From contig CP110440.1 of NCBI GenBank assembly GCA_026914245.1, forward strand, positions 1,426,001 through 1,490,000: 64,000 nt of DNA, written 5' to 3'. This stretch comes from Puccinia triticina. Taxonomy: Eukaryota. The position numbers were made by a program, and so were the translations under genes. Positions 51,801 through 64,000 of the stretch are shown piece by piece. Position 1 is the stretch's first letter. Every line of letters begins with the position of its first letter. The notes below the pieces were generated by a model, which was given only the letters and a program-made list of their open reading frames with translations, had not been told where the DNA came from and did no database searches.

Positions 51801-54800
51801 GAATCTGCTGTTCCAATAGGAGTACCGGTCAGCATTTTCCTGTGTGGGGCTCATGATCACAAGCCGGCGGCACTTATTCCTTGCTTTGACGAGGGGGCCT
51901 AATTTGTCCCTGTCCCACCACTTCTTGGCCTTGCTGTGGTCGATTTTTGTACGCCTTCCCTGTTTCTGCCAAGCTTCAAAAAGGCAATCTGTCAACTGCT
52001 TTTCCACCTCTTCAATGTCCAGGGTAGGTGATCAATCGCTCAGCTGATTGAGCCCGGACTTAACCGCCTTACGGAGCTCTGCCCGGTCCAAGTCAGCCGG
52101 CTTGGGGGCCACCCATCGGTAGGACGGTCCCGGGGGTGACCGCCATATGGCTGTGACGAGCTTCTGGTGGTCCGATCCGTGGTTGTCCGACGAGGTGACC
52201 AAGCTGTGAATCAGTTGAGAGGCGCGGTAGTTCCCCCAAGTGAGGTCGATAGTCGTCTTCGACCCGCGGCTAGAAAGAAAAGTAGGCGTGTCCTTTTCAG
52301 AAACTAGCCTGTAGCCGTGCTTTCCACAAATCGAGACAAGAGACTTAGCCTCTTTGTGGATGTGGGGGTATCCCGGCAGGTTCCAGAGTCGGTGGTGGAG
52401 GTTGGAGTCCATACCAATCACCGACGCGACCCGCCGGTCGTTGAACACGTTTAGCCATGTCCGAAGTTGGTCCACGCCTGCGGTTGTGCCTGGGGGGTTG
52501 TAAACATTAAGGACCCGTAACCGGGTCCTGGTCAGCAAAATAATCTCCAGAGAGAGCAAAAACTTACTGTTGCCGCCCAGGACTTTGATGTCCTGGGAGG
52601 CGATGGATTTTCGGATGTAGGAAACAACCCGATGCTTGTCCTTGAGGTCCGCAGGCTGGTGTTCCGGGCTGTAAAACGTCCACCAAGCTTCATGGTTGGG
52701 GGGCAAACAAGTTAGCGGATTTATCCAGGGTTCTTGTAAGATGAGAGAAATCACAGAGTCCGGCTCGGAATCGAGGATACTATAGGTTGTTGCTCGACTA
52801 TTGTGGCAGTTCAACTGCACAATAAGTGAGGGCAAAAAGACTGCATTGCTTGAAACAGGAAGAGGAGTGTCTACAACGAGGTTACTAGGACAAATTTGTG
52901 TTAGTGTAGGGTTTATATTATTCATGTTGGAGATGATTTTTAGAAAGTAGCCATGCCCGTTTGACCTCACACGCCTTATCAAAAGGTGTGTGGGTTTCCC
53001 ATACACCTTTCCCCTTCCCAGCGTCTCTACAGATCACACAAATCTTCCCCGCCAGAGTTGTCGCGTCCTGACAGTCACGAGTTTCGTGCTTTTCGCCACA
53101 CTTGCTGCACTTTGGCTCCGCTCGGCACCACTTCCCGAAGTGGCCCATTTGCAAGCATTTGAAGCATTGCGGTGGGATTTTCTTGAAACGCTCTACTCTG
53201 TGGAAGCACCCATTCAAGAAAAGGCCTCTCTGTTTAACCAGGAGATCAGCAATCGACGGGTCTGTAAGGGACAGAACGACTGTACCAGCTTGGCGAGGGT
53301 CTGACGGGTCCCTGGACCCTCCTAACCACCGCATCCTGAAGATCTTGTCCACCAAGAAACCGTTGTCCGACGCAATGGAGATTTTGACGGTTGATGTGTC
53401 AATGTTGAGAGTTCGGGGGATGCCATGAGCGAGAACGGAATATGTACTCGGCAAAGCCTCAAGGTCGGGGTGCACCTGTTTGCTCCATTCGTGTTTGTTC
53501 TGATTGAGCCATTCTTTCTGCTTGCGGTTTTTGGAGTAGAACGATACATCACCAGATGGGAGGAATCGGACCGCCTTAACCAAGACCTTCTCGCCCTGGA
53601 CCGTTGCATTCATTTTTTCAAGAACCTCGTTGACCTTCCTGACCGTTATTTCCGCACCAACTTCCTTCAGCGGGGCGGTCCCGGATCGCGCGTGGATGAT
53701 GGTGAGACCGGGGCGGGCCGCGACCATCTCGGCCTTGGACGGAGGGGGGGGTGGGGCTTTCGGTTTGGCTGCAGTTGTCGCGTAGGACTTGACCAGGGCG
53801 GGTTGTTTACGCGGCAATTGTCCCGCCTCAATGGTTGTTACGCGTCCCGGTAGCTCGCGAAGATCCGCCAACGCGCGTTGCATCTCCTGCATGGTCTGGC
53901 GCATCTCATCCATAGCTAGTTGGACCATGCGTTTCTGCTCGGCCTTGCTGTCCAGTAGCTGAAGCAACAGGGTCATGAAACTCGTGTCTAAAACGATTTT
54001 CCCATCTTGAGTTCGGTTTTCTGGGCGGGCCAGGAGGGATCGAAGGCATGAGGCCGGCGTAGAGTCGGTCGCTTGAGTCACAGGAGGTGCTGGTAGACGA
54101 GCTTTGAGAAGACGGCGCGGTTCGGAGGCAGAGGCCATGACAATATTGGGCGACGCGTTGTTGGCGACATGCGCGTCTCGAGGATTGTGAATCGAGCCCG
54201 AGAGGGCCTGGCCTGATTCAGAGCGGATGCCGGGGGGGGGGGGATCGCCAGTGGGCATGGGGAAAAAGAAGTCCTGTCAGGGGCGAGGGTGTGTTTAGGA
54301 TTTGGGGGTGTGGGGTGTTGAGATACATATATGCTTATATTCAGTACATTGTATGCTTCAACCAAACACGGCCAATCTTGTATTTAGTCTACACTAGATT
54401 GGCGCCTGGAGTTTGATCCTCAGTGAATCAGAACAACATTTTCTCACTCCCAAAGTGTCACTTGCCTGTCAGCAGTGAACTTTGGTTTTCATCCCTTGTC
54501 CCTCACAACAGGTTATGAGACCCATTCGCTCACCCTGCTTGCGACATCAAAATCTTGGTTGCCCTCGATATTGAACTTACTATCATCCTTGGCTTCAATC
54601 TCAATCGTCCTTGGAACTCAGAAAGTCGGACTCCCTTGGCCTCAAACTCGTACTCAACAACATGCCTCCTCGATCCATGCAAAATCCAGCAGCTCTCATC
54701 GGAAATGTTCCTGTTCTCGATGGAAATTCGGTTGGCTTCCCAGCCTGGCGAACTCGGCTTGAAGAACTTTTTGCAATAGTCGGAGTCCATGATATCGTCG

Positions 54801-56067
54801 TGGGTAAGCTGCTCCGTCCGGAGACCGACTACAAGGACTCGGCGTCAAAACCAATTGCACAAGGCTCTCAACGACTTTACTACGCGGATGAGTCCGCCAC
54901 GGACTGGGATCACCTATCTGAAGTGGCTCGAGCCACCCTGAAGATGACTCTGTCGGTTGATTTGGCGATAAGATTCAAGGAGCTCAAGCCCGTGAGCGTT
55001 CTCTTCAAGACAATCTGCGATGCCTACGAAAAGAACACCCGAGCGAGGAGGATGATGCTGAAGGATGCGTTTTGGACTGCTCGTCACGATCCGAACAAAC
55101 CAATTGCTACCTGGATTGCTCGGATCAAAAACTCAGCCTCCAACCTCAAGTCGGTTAAACTAGCTCCGGCGGATCAGCAGATCTGCGATCGTCTGCTCCG
55201 CGGACTGGACGACTCATGAAAGCCAATCCGTGACCACCTTGTCTACTCGCCTGTTGAAATATCCCTCGACGATTCCATTGGATTGCTCGAAGCGCACGAA
55301 GTATTGATGAGCGTGTCGTTTGATCACCCTCCGGAGGCGTTCGCATCCCCGGCTGTCACCAGGAAAAAGAAACAAGGTTGCTGGAAATGTCACCAGATAG
55401 GTCACCATTCCTCAGCCTGTCCAAATCCTCCAGCCAAGGACAAACAACAGACCCGATTCAAAACTCGTGCCGGTGCGGTGTCAACGGTATCCCTTGGAGG
55501 CGGTGGTCCTAGCGGCAAGGAAGATGAAGAAGAGGACGACTTCGATGCGGAAATCGACGTCGTGTGGGGATGAACTCCAAAGTAGAAGACAATTACCTTC
55601 GTAGGAACGGCAACTCCGGCTAATCCTGAAGGTCAATTCCTCTCTGGCGGCGTTAGGTATACTTATTGTTATGATATCTCCCTGTCTTCCACCGTCAATG
55701 GATCTCTGGCCCGATTACTTTAAATTTTTCTTTCTCTTTCTATCCCCCATAGGAAATATTCTTTAACTTCAACTCAAAGTGGTTTAGATATTTCAATTAG
55801 TTTAGTTTTGTTTCAGCAAGGGGGTGTGTTGAGATACATATATGCTTATATTCAGTACATTGTATGCTTCAACCAAACACGGCCAATCTTGTATTTAGTC
55901 TACACTAGATTGGCGCCTGGAGTTTGATCCTCAGTGAATCAGAACAACATTTTCTCACTCCCAAAGTGTCACTTGCCTGTCAGCAGTGAACTTGGGTTTT
56001 CATCCCTTGTCCCTCACAACATGGGGGGTAGATTTTAAAAAAATTTGACGTGGTTGCGGACAGAACT
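48819..56067 (-). mobile_element. Full-length LINE (Tad1-like) with RNase H
   Basis: Poly(A) tail at 48819-48840; 12-bp TSD TACAGTTATGTC (48807-48818, 56068-56079). ORF1 52918-54258 with zinc knuckles. ORF2 ~52924-49107 has APE (LQEP, SDH), RT (GLPQGSPLS, FIDD), RNase H (FTDGS) and a C-terminal CCHC, with only two in-frame stops. Confidence 0.95.
54316..56021 (+). mobile_element. 1.7-kb gag-only Copia-type LTR element inserted in the LINE 5' UTR
   Basis: 195-bp LTRs at 54316-54510 and 55827-56021 (one visible mismatch); TSD TGGGG; PBS GGTTATGAGACCC; purine tract. Single gag frame ~54662-55573 with CWKCHQIGHHSSAC and one TGA stop. Confidence 0.92.
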
Positions 56068-56981
56068 TACAGTTATGTCATGACTGACATACACTATGGT
56101 CTTGACGCAACATCTCTCAGCTATCGCATGTCATTATCTAGTTACATAATGCAGACTATAAATAACCTTGTATTTCTAGTCCCCTTTTATGCAATCTATT
56201 GATTATTCTCTTTTCTCTTGTACTTACATACTCGCGCCTCTTTAAGATCTGCCAGTTTATGCACTTACAGAGGTTTTTCAACGTACTGCACTTCCTCCGG
56301 ATCATACAGCAAGAATGGGGACAATCAAAGGCCATAGTCACCGCAATCTCACGACCAAAAAGCAGGACCTTCTTGTGCACCTTTGAAGGGCCCAGAGGCA
56401 GGAGACACAAGCCAGCCCGAGGCGCCCCCCACGCCGCAAAAACAACCTCGCGCCACCGGAACTCACAGGGACAACCATGTAGATCAAGGGGCCCGGAAAA
56501 AACTCAACATCAACCACCAAAAACCGACCACCCTCAAAAACCATCCACCTTCAAAATCCTAAAAATCAATAAGTATCAACCAAAGTATCTTCTTATCTTC
56601 TCCCCGTTTATCCGCCTTTGCAGATCTTCTATCCCTTTCCCTGTTTACCCTTTCTTCTTTCCGAAAAGTTTAAAATTGAGTTTTCCAAGCCCCCTTCCAA
56701 AAGAACCACTAGGTTCCAACCCCACTTGGGTGGTATGACCCACAATATGCCGCCTAAGAGTCGTGGGGACTCTTGGCCTGATAAGGACGGATGGTCCAAG
56801 AACATTGAGATGGAGGACATTGAGTCGTCCGGCTCCTCTATGAATAGGACTGTTGACCGTTCTGTTGACCATTCTGGTGATCGCTCCCAGACCCCAACCC
56901 AGTCAGATTTTTCTCTTAACCCTCCCCTTACCCAGTCCCGCCATAATCCTGCTAATCTCGACAGAGGGTTTCTCGCAGCAA

Positions 56982-58034
56982 TGTGAGAACTCCTTTGGGA
57001 TGGGTTGGCAGTCCTTTGAGGGGGAAATAACAATATGATATTCCAGCTAAGTGATACTACTGTTACGGGTGGTTTGAAAGACCTGCCCCTCTATTATACT
57101 ACAGAATTCTGACAACAAATTTATTTATTGTTGTGGCGTGACTTTTATGACGGAGAAAACTTGTATGTAGTAGTCTCTATCAGACCTAGATCAGTTTTAA
57201 CAAGTACAAGATGCGTATACAACTTCTATATGGCGAGATGGGCAAAGAATATAATCAAGTGAGAATATGTTTTGTTGGGTTTTTAATGGTTTCAGCAGAG
57301 GGAAATGATGATGGAGTGTGGTATGAGATTTCTATGTTAATGTATGATGACTGTGTCTTCCGTGATGATGGAAAAATGATGACTGGTGACCACTGAGCTG
57401 GGGTGCCTGGGTGATGATGGAAAAATGGTGGGAGGAGGGCCTCCTTATATATTCTTTTCTGAGTTATTTTTGCTGGTGAGGGCTGCACTCAAGGCATTTC
57501 TGCTGGTGGTGACCCTGTGGATTGCACTGCCTTCTGCAAGGGGTGCATAACTTAAACTGATGTTCCGCATGACAATGTGTGATTTGTACTTTTTAAGGCA
57601 AAGGCCACCTAGGTTGGTTGCACTGCCAAAGTGGAGGCTTTCTGACCACATGCATCGATGTAAGGTCCGCGCAAATCTGTTGAGTTGTTGAGTGGAGGCC
57701 TAGTCGCTGCAGTTTCCAACGTGCAGGTTGCGTGAGGTGATCTGTAGCTAATAGTGGAGGCCTGCCTAACTAGTAAATCTAACTATACTCTTCTATATAT
57801 GCATGCCTTTTATGATTTATATGACTTTCCACCTGGGTATGGCCTGTACTAAACCTATAATTGTAACTAACTTCTAAACTAAAAGAGCTAGCTGGGTAGT
57901 TGAAGTGAGTGACTAGGGTTAAGTTTGTATGTAGAATCTATTTCTCTAATAATATTCTATCATATGCTAGTATTGTAGGCTGTGAGTTGAGGTTTTGGCA
58001 GTTTTGTTGCACGCAACAGATCTGGATCACCACA
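56982..58034. mobile_element. Solo LTR (1053 bp), copy 1
   Basis: TGTGAG...CCACA; near-perfect reverse complement of 58958-60011; no clear TSD (GCAA / TTGA). Confidence 0.8.
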
Positions 58035-58957
58035 TTGATTGCTGAGATCTTTGCTAAACCCAATCCTGATGGGAGTATATTCATAAATGCGGATAAGGTT
58101 AAAACCTTATCACCTCTTCTAGCTATTGAAAAGATCACTAGCGTTCAAACCCTCTCAATGGTAGAGAGGATCACTACTCGATTAGACTCCCTTGAGAGAT
58201 CTATAAGCTCAGTGGTTCATGCTGAACCAAGAAAAGACCCCTCTTGGGCTTCGGTCACAAACAAGTATACCCCACAGACCTTTTGGGCCCATGTAGCCTG
58301 GCCCCCTCCGTCAAACAGGGTGCTTAATGAGTTTAAACCTGCTTTTTTTATTATTTGCAAGACGGTGCCCGAATCGCGTCCGTTTTTCCAGATGTCTCCA
58401 CCGGAGATTTCTATGAAAGTTAACAGAGTTTTGGAAGAGATTGAGGCAAAAACAGATGATGGGTCCCCTATTACCACTAAAGGTGTCGCCCGGTTACCTT
58501 CGGGTGACTTTGAATTTTTTACCAAGACACGTTTCATGGCGAATTGGCTCTTGGAGCATAAGCATGAATGGACGCATTTGTGCGATCCTGATCTTATCAC
58601 GCTGGCGTCAACTTTTCCGGTTATCCTTCATTTGGTTCCGATTTCTTTTACTCCGTCTAATAAGTCCACTTTGGTGGATCTTTGGAAAGAAGATTTAATC
58701 CACCCAGACCACATTCACAGTGCTCAATGGTTGGGTAACCCCCAAGCCAATAAAAAGTCTCATGGATCCATTATTGTCAATTTCTTTGAAAAAGAGCTTG
58801 CTCGTAAGATCGAAAAAGGTAGTCTGTTTTTTAATCACTTACCCCTCACTGGTGCCCATTACAAAAAATCCCCGATTCAATGCTTCCAGTGTTTGGAAGT
58901 CGGTCATACGGCTCAGTTTTGCAAAAACAGTCCGTTATGTAAACATTGTGGTGACGC

Positions 58958-60011
58958 TGTGGTGATCCAGATCTGTTGCGTGCAACAAAACTGCCAAAAC
59001 CTCAACTCACAGCCTACAATACTAGCATATGATAGAATATTATTAGAGAAATAGATTCTACATACAAACTTAACCCTAGTCACTCACTTCAACTACCCAG
59101 CTAGCTCTTTTAGTTTAGAAGTTAGTTACAATTATAGGTTTAGTACAGGCCATACCCAGGTGGAAAGTCATATAAATCATAAAAGGCATGCATATATAGA
59201 AGAGTATAGTTAGATTTACTAGTTAGGCAGGCCTCCACTATTAGCTACAGATCACCTCACGCAACCTGCACGTTGGAAACTGCAGCGACTAGGCCTCCAC
59301 TCAACAACTCAACAGATTTGCGCGGACCTTACATCGATGCATGTGGTCAGAAAGCCTCCACTTTGGCAGTGCAACCAACCTAGGTGGCCTTTGCCTTAAA
59401 AAGTACAAATCACACATTGTCATGCGGAACATCAGTTTAAGTTATGCACCCCTTGCAGAAGGCAGTGCAATCCACAGGGTCACCACCAGCAGAAATGCCT
59501 TGAGTGCAGCCCTCACCAGCAAAAATAACTCAGAAAAGAATATATAAGGAGGCCCTCCTCCCACCATTTTTCCATCATCACCCAGGCACCCCAGCTCAGT
59601 GGTCACCAGTCATCATTTTTCCATCATCACGGAAGACACAGTCATCATACATTAACATAGAAATCTCATACCACACTCCATCATCATTTCCCTCTGCTGA
59701 AACCATTAAAAACCCAACAAAACATATTCTCACTTGATTATATTCTTTGCCCATCTCGCCATATAGAAGTTGTATACGCATCTTGTACTTGTTAAAACTG
59801 ATCTAGGTCTGATAGAGACTACTACATACAAGTTTTCTCCGTCATAAAAGTCACGCCACAACAATAAATAAATTTGTTGTCAGAATTCTGTAGTATAATA
59901 GAGGGGCAGGTCTTTCAAACCACCCGTAACAGTAGTATTACTTAGCTGGAATATCATATTGTTATTTCCCCCTCAAAGGACTGCCAACCCAATCCCAAAG
60001 GAGTTCTCACA
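58958..60011. mobile_element. Solo LTR (1054 bp), copy 2, inverted relative to copy 1
   Basis: TGTGG...CTCACA with 4-bp TSD ACGC. Confidence 0.85.
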
Positions 60012-60684
60012 ACGCCCACAATTCCAAAGATTGTCCGTCGGACATCGGCAACAATAAATGCGTTAAATGCATTCAATATGAGAAAAAGAACAATTCTTCA
60101 TCTGAGTTTGATGAAGATAACGTTTGCTTTTATCATTCCCCATTGAGCCTTAAGTGTCTGCTCAAAACTAAGAATTTTCGCCGTAATATTATAAATCAAC
60201 TAGAGGCCAAGGCGGCTGCGCCGCTGCAGAGCTCCAGAAAAATGGTTTTCTTGCTGCACCGGTATCCAATTGGCAAAACCACTGGAAAATCAATAATACC
60301 TCTTGAATCAGCACAATTGATAAAAATTTTCCCCATCTCACTTGCTTTTTTATGCAAAAATTCATCCAGTTGGCAGTCATTTTCCCAATGAGCCCTCTGC
60401 CCGTCCCTTAAATTTCATCCCCTGGTGAAAAAACATCATTGCCAATAGTTTAACAGCCCAAATAATTTGCAACATTGAAGAATTACTGAAATTTTTGGAC
60501 TGTTTGGGTGTGTGAAACATTGTTTATACATGTTAGCAGTCATTTTCCTTCTAATTCTGCAGCATATCACTTATAATTCATTTTTTCTCCTGTTATAAAA
60601 TAAAAAAATCATCAATTCTACAATACTTCACAATACCTTACAATGTGTTTCAGGCTGTATTTGAAGAAACCAACCTGTAACTGC

Positions 60685-63600
60685 TGTTGTCAAGGGTACT
60701 CTTTTATTCCTCAAGTTTACCATTAGCTGACTATGTTATTTTATTTTATTTTATCATATGTTGCCAGGACTTTGATGACTTTGTTTGGTTTGTCGACTGT
60801 GTGTGGCAGGGTGGTAGGTCAGCCTCTGTTGTTAATGCCAATATTGGCTTTTTTGGGTTCTTTGCACACTTGGTTGGGTCCCACAGCTTTTACTTTTGGT
60901 TCGGTGGGGGTTTATGCACATTTCAAGTTTGTGTGTTACGTAAAAAATACTGCAGGTTCCAACGGTGCCATTGGCTTCTCAATTTATGATAGTCTTACTG
61001 GTATTGAACTTACAGTAGTCGTCCGGGGTCCTTTCCATTTTTACGCTTTGTTACTCTTACCAGTTGTGCCGCAGTTGATCCTTTAAATGTCCGCTCCAAT
61101 TATGTATCGGCTCTTTTCCTTAATCAACTCATAGTTCTCAACAGCTACAACACTAACACTCATTGCTACGATCAGGTCTGTTACTCATTAGGATATCTCA
61201 CTTCATTGTATCCCTTTTCTTAACAACTCTTCTCATTGTTTAGGTTAGTGTGTCGTCGGTGCTCAAGCCGTATCAAGTGTAGATACTTATATCGCTACCT
61301 TCTAAAAGGTGTGTAAGAGTAATGCAAATCAACTCATAGTTCTCAACAGCTACAACACTAACACTCATCGCTACGATCAGGTTAGTGTGTCGTCGGTGCT
61401 CAAGTCATATCAAGTGTAGATACTTATATTGCCACCTTCTAAAAGGTTAGTGTGTCGTCGGTGCTCAAGTCGTATCAAGTGTAGATACTTATATCGCTAC
61501 CTTCTAAAAGTCTGAGTTCATTAGGTTATGAGCCCAGTGGGTGCTTAAATCTGCAACCTCATCAAACTCTTTCTTTGTATACGCAATGACCGATAAAGCA
61601 ATTCATCGCCTTCCTCTTCTCACAAGAACTACGTTCAATGACTGACGTAACGTCATGTTCTCGTTTTGCTTGGAGAAGGGTGTTGATGATCACTTATTAT
61701 CTGACTTGGTCACCACCGAGAGGGATCCTATCGCCAAGGCTACTCTTAAACTTCAAAAGGGAGTCGCGGCTGGTATTCTAGGACGAAACTTAGGAGTAGA
61801 AAACTACGCTAAGTTTATCACCAAAGAAAACAAAAAGGAACCTCATCTGATTTGGAAAGCTTTGATTGCGCATTTTCAATTGGCATCTGCTCAGAATCAA
61901 TCGGTGGTTTATCAAGATTTCCTTAAGATCAGGTATACCTCATCTTTGGAAAAATTCCTTACCGATATCGATTTGGGGCTTTCTCATATTCGTTTGGTTG
62001 GCATTCAAATTGTCAAATTGGAAAAACGTACTCTTGATGAACATCTTCTAGCGGAGTACCTCGTCAATCTTCTTCCTCCCAAGCTCGAGAGTACTAAAGA
62101 TATTCTCTTAAATAAGAGTCCAATCGATATCAACACAGTTAAACAATATCTCAACTCTAAATCTTTAAGTTTGAGTAACGTCAACACTTCTACTGACTCG
62201 GATTCAGTTACCATTAAATCTGAAGCTGCTTTAAAAACTGGAACCATCAACTGTCAGGACGGGTGTCACAATGAGAATGCTTGACACTCAAAAGCGAATT
62301 GCTATAAGCTTTATCCCAACAAGGCGCCAGAAGCTTACAAAAAGCGTCAACTCTTGGCGAAAGCAAAGAAAGCTAACGCTGTAACCTCCGAAGACATTAG
62401 TGGTGTTTATGTTTGTGTATCGGATCCGCAAGCATTGGCAGTCGTTCAAAACAACGTGTTGATCTTTCTCGACAGCTGTTGCTCAGATCATATGTTTTCC
62501 GATCGTCGATATTTTTCCGAATATGAAAGCTTCGATTCAACGGTCAATGTAGCTAGTGGTCAATCTTTGCCGGTCAAAGGTCGCGGTTTAATCAAAATCA
62601 AAAGCGACAACGGCAAACTTTTTACGGTAAAAGCTTTACACGTACCCGGTTTGACTCATGCTCTTTTGAGTCTTGCTCGACTCTCCGGCAGCAACTGCGA
62701 TTTGATTCGTCGTGACGGTTCAAAATACTTTGTCAAGGATTCTGTGAAGAACGTCATTCTCTTTGATGCGCAGATTCAAAGCAACATCTTTGTCTTTCAA
62801 GTGGCTGCTATTCAGCCATCAAGTTCCACGACTGTATCATTGCTCGTGGTGCAAGGTTCGTCTACATCTTTGAATTCTCTAGCCGAACAAAGCATTGATC
62901 CTCGATTGCTTCATAGGCGAGCGGGACACCCTAGCCGAGAAGCACTAGCTAAAATGTTTAACTGTAGCTACTCCACCATAGACTGTGAAGCGTGTAGTTT
63001 ATCAAAATCACATCGACAACCATTTTCTGGTAGTCTCCCAAAACCAACCTGTATTCTAGACTATGTATACATGGATCTTAGCGGGAAAATTACTCCCTCG
63101 ACTGTTGGCAAAGCATCTTATTACTTCAAAATTACGGACTCCTTCTCAGCGTACAAACATGTTTTTATCTTAACTCACAAAAATCAAGCACTTGAAAAAT
63201 TTAAGGAATATGTAAATGAAGTAACTACTTTTCATTCACGAAATCTCATCAATCTGGTCACCGATGGTGGGGGCGAGTTTTGCTCAGGAGAATTTGACAC
63301 CTACTTGAAGGATCAAGGCATCATTCACCACATCACGGCACCTTATACGCCGCAGCAGAATTCAATTGCTGAGCGTGGAAATCGGACGACAAGCGAGAAA
63401 GCGCGAGCACTTCTTAAGCAAGCAAATCTTCCGACAAATCTTTGGGGAGAGGCTGTTAGCACAGCAATTTTCTATGAGAATATCACTCCAACTAAGAAGA
63501 TCGGCTGGAAATCTCCTCATGAAGTGTGGTTCGGACACATTTTTAACCTAGGTCGGCTTCGTGTGTTTGGCTGCCAAGCATTCATTAACATTCCTAAAGA

Positions 63601-64000
63601 GCGAAGGAAGGGAAAATTCGGTGATACTTCGAGAGCAGGGGTTTTACTAGGGTATAGGCTGGGTATTCCTAACTGGAGAATACTTACGACAGACTCCCGG
63701 GTTGAGTACAGTCATGACGTCATCTTTGATGAGTCATGTTTTCCAGGAATCTCCCCGGAAGATCTTGCCTATCCTGAATTACAAGAAAGTTTGGATGAGC
63801 TTCAAGACTCATATGACGTCAATCATCTTGTTTCGCCTTATAATCACCAACTGACGTCATCAGATAACTCAATGACGTCATCTGAAGCGCCTCTTGTCTC
63901 GCAAGATCAAGATTCGGCAGTGATATCCCCTTCCACTCTTGTTCCTTCCGCTTCCACAACTATCCCTCATCCACCACCTTCTTTGTCTCCGTCGACAAAT
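60685..64000 (+). mobile_element. Ty1/Copia element (5' LTR, gag, protease, integrase), degenerate, runs off the window
   Basis: PBS GGTTATGAGCCCAG at ~61524; gag; protease FLDSCCSDHM; HRRAGHP..CEAC; integrase MDLSG, TDGGGEF, APYTPQQNSIAER; in-frame stops. LTR start (TGTTG 60685) is approximate. Confidence 0.88.

Larger units (their letters stand above)
45550..56283 (+). mobile_element. 5'-truncated degenerate Ty1/Copia element; 3' LTR split by a LINE
   Basis: Pre-integrase HxxxGH..CxxC, integrase (DLIGP, DNGGEF), RT (KARYVARGYSQ, IHVDN) and RNase H (FTDANW) in Copia order. Purine tract then LTR start TGTTG at 48771; LTR resumes at 56080 and probably ends near 56283. Confidence 0.88.
56290..60200 (+). 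mobile_element. 5' part (ORF1) of a second LINE, interrupted by two solo LTRs
   Basis: MPPKSRG...FLAA / LIAEIF...QCFQCLEVGHTAQFCKNSPLCKHCGDA / HNSKDCP...KCVKC is a LINE ORF1 with zinc knuckles like ORF 52918-54258. No ORF2 follows. Confidence 0.75.

Noticed and set aside
57909..59054. 381-aa ORF as a standalone gene
   Set aside because: Chimera of LTR ends and the middle of a LINE ORF1.

Overview
Repeat-rich eukaryotic DNA. The short GT-AG introns and the gene and TE types suggest a rust fungus (Pucciniales, probably Puccinia); this is an inference. About three quarters of the window is nested transposable elements whose ends and target-site duplications (TSDs) can mostly be read directly. 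DNA transposons: two hAT derivatives at one site, a 9.2-kb CACTA foldback element built from two inverted arrays of a ~173-bp satellite, a CACTG element, 7-bp-TSD MITEs, and two tandem TA-flanked TIR elements carrying intron-containing fragments of allantoicase and of the mitochondrial aspartate/glutamate carrier. Retroelements: a chromodomain Gypsy, two Copia elements, a gag-only LTR element, two LINEs and several solo LTRs. Host genes lie at 17-37 kb: a PIP5-kinase (MSS4), a signal peptide + RING-H2 + C-terminal TM protein, two further predicted secreted proteins and one weak hypothetical gene. The most unusual observations are the satellite foldback CACTA, the gene-capturing TIR pair, a Copia LTR holding unspliced and spliced copies of the same exons, and a spliced accessory gene overlapping Gypsy gag with the gag ATG inside its intron. 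All gene models and family assignments were made by eye, with no database searches.
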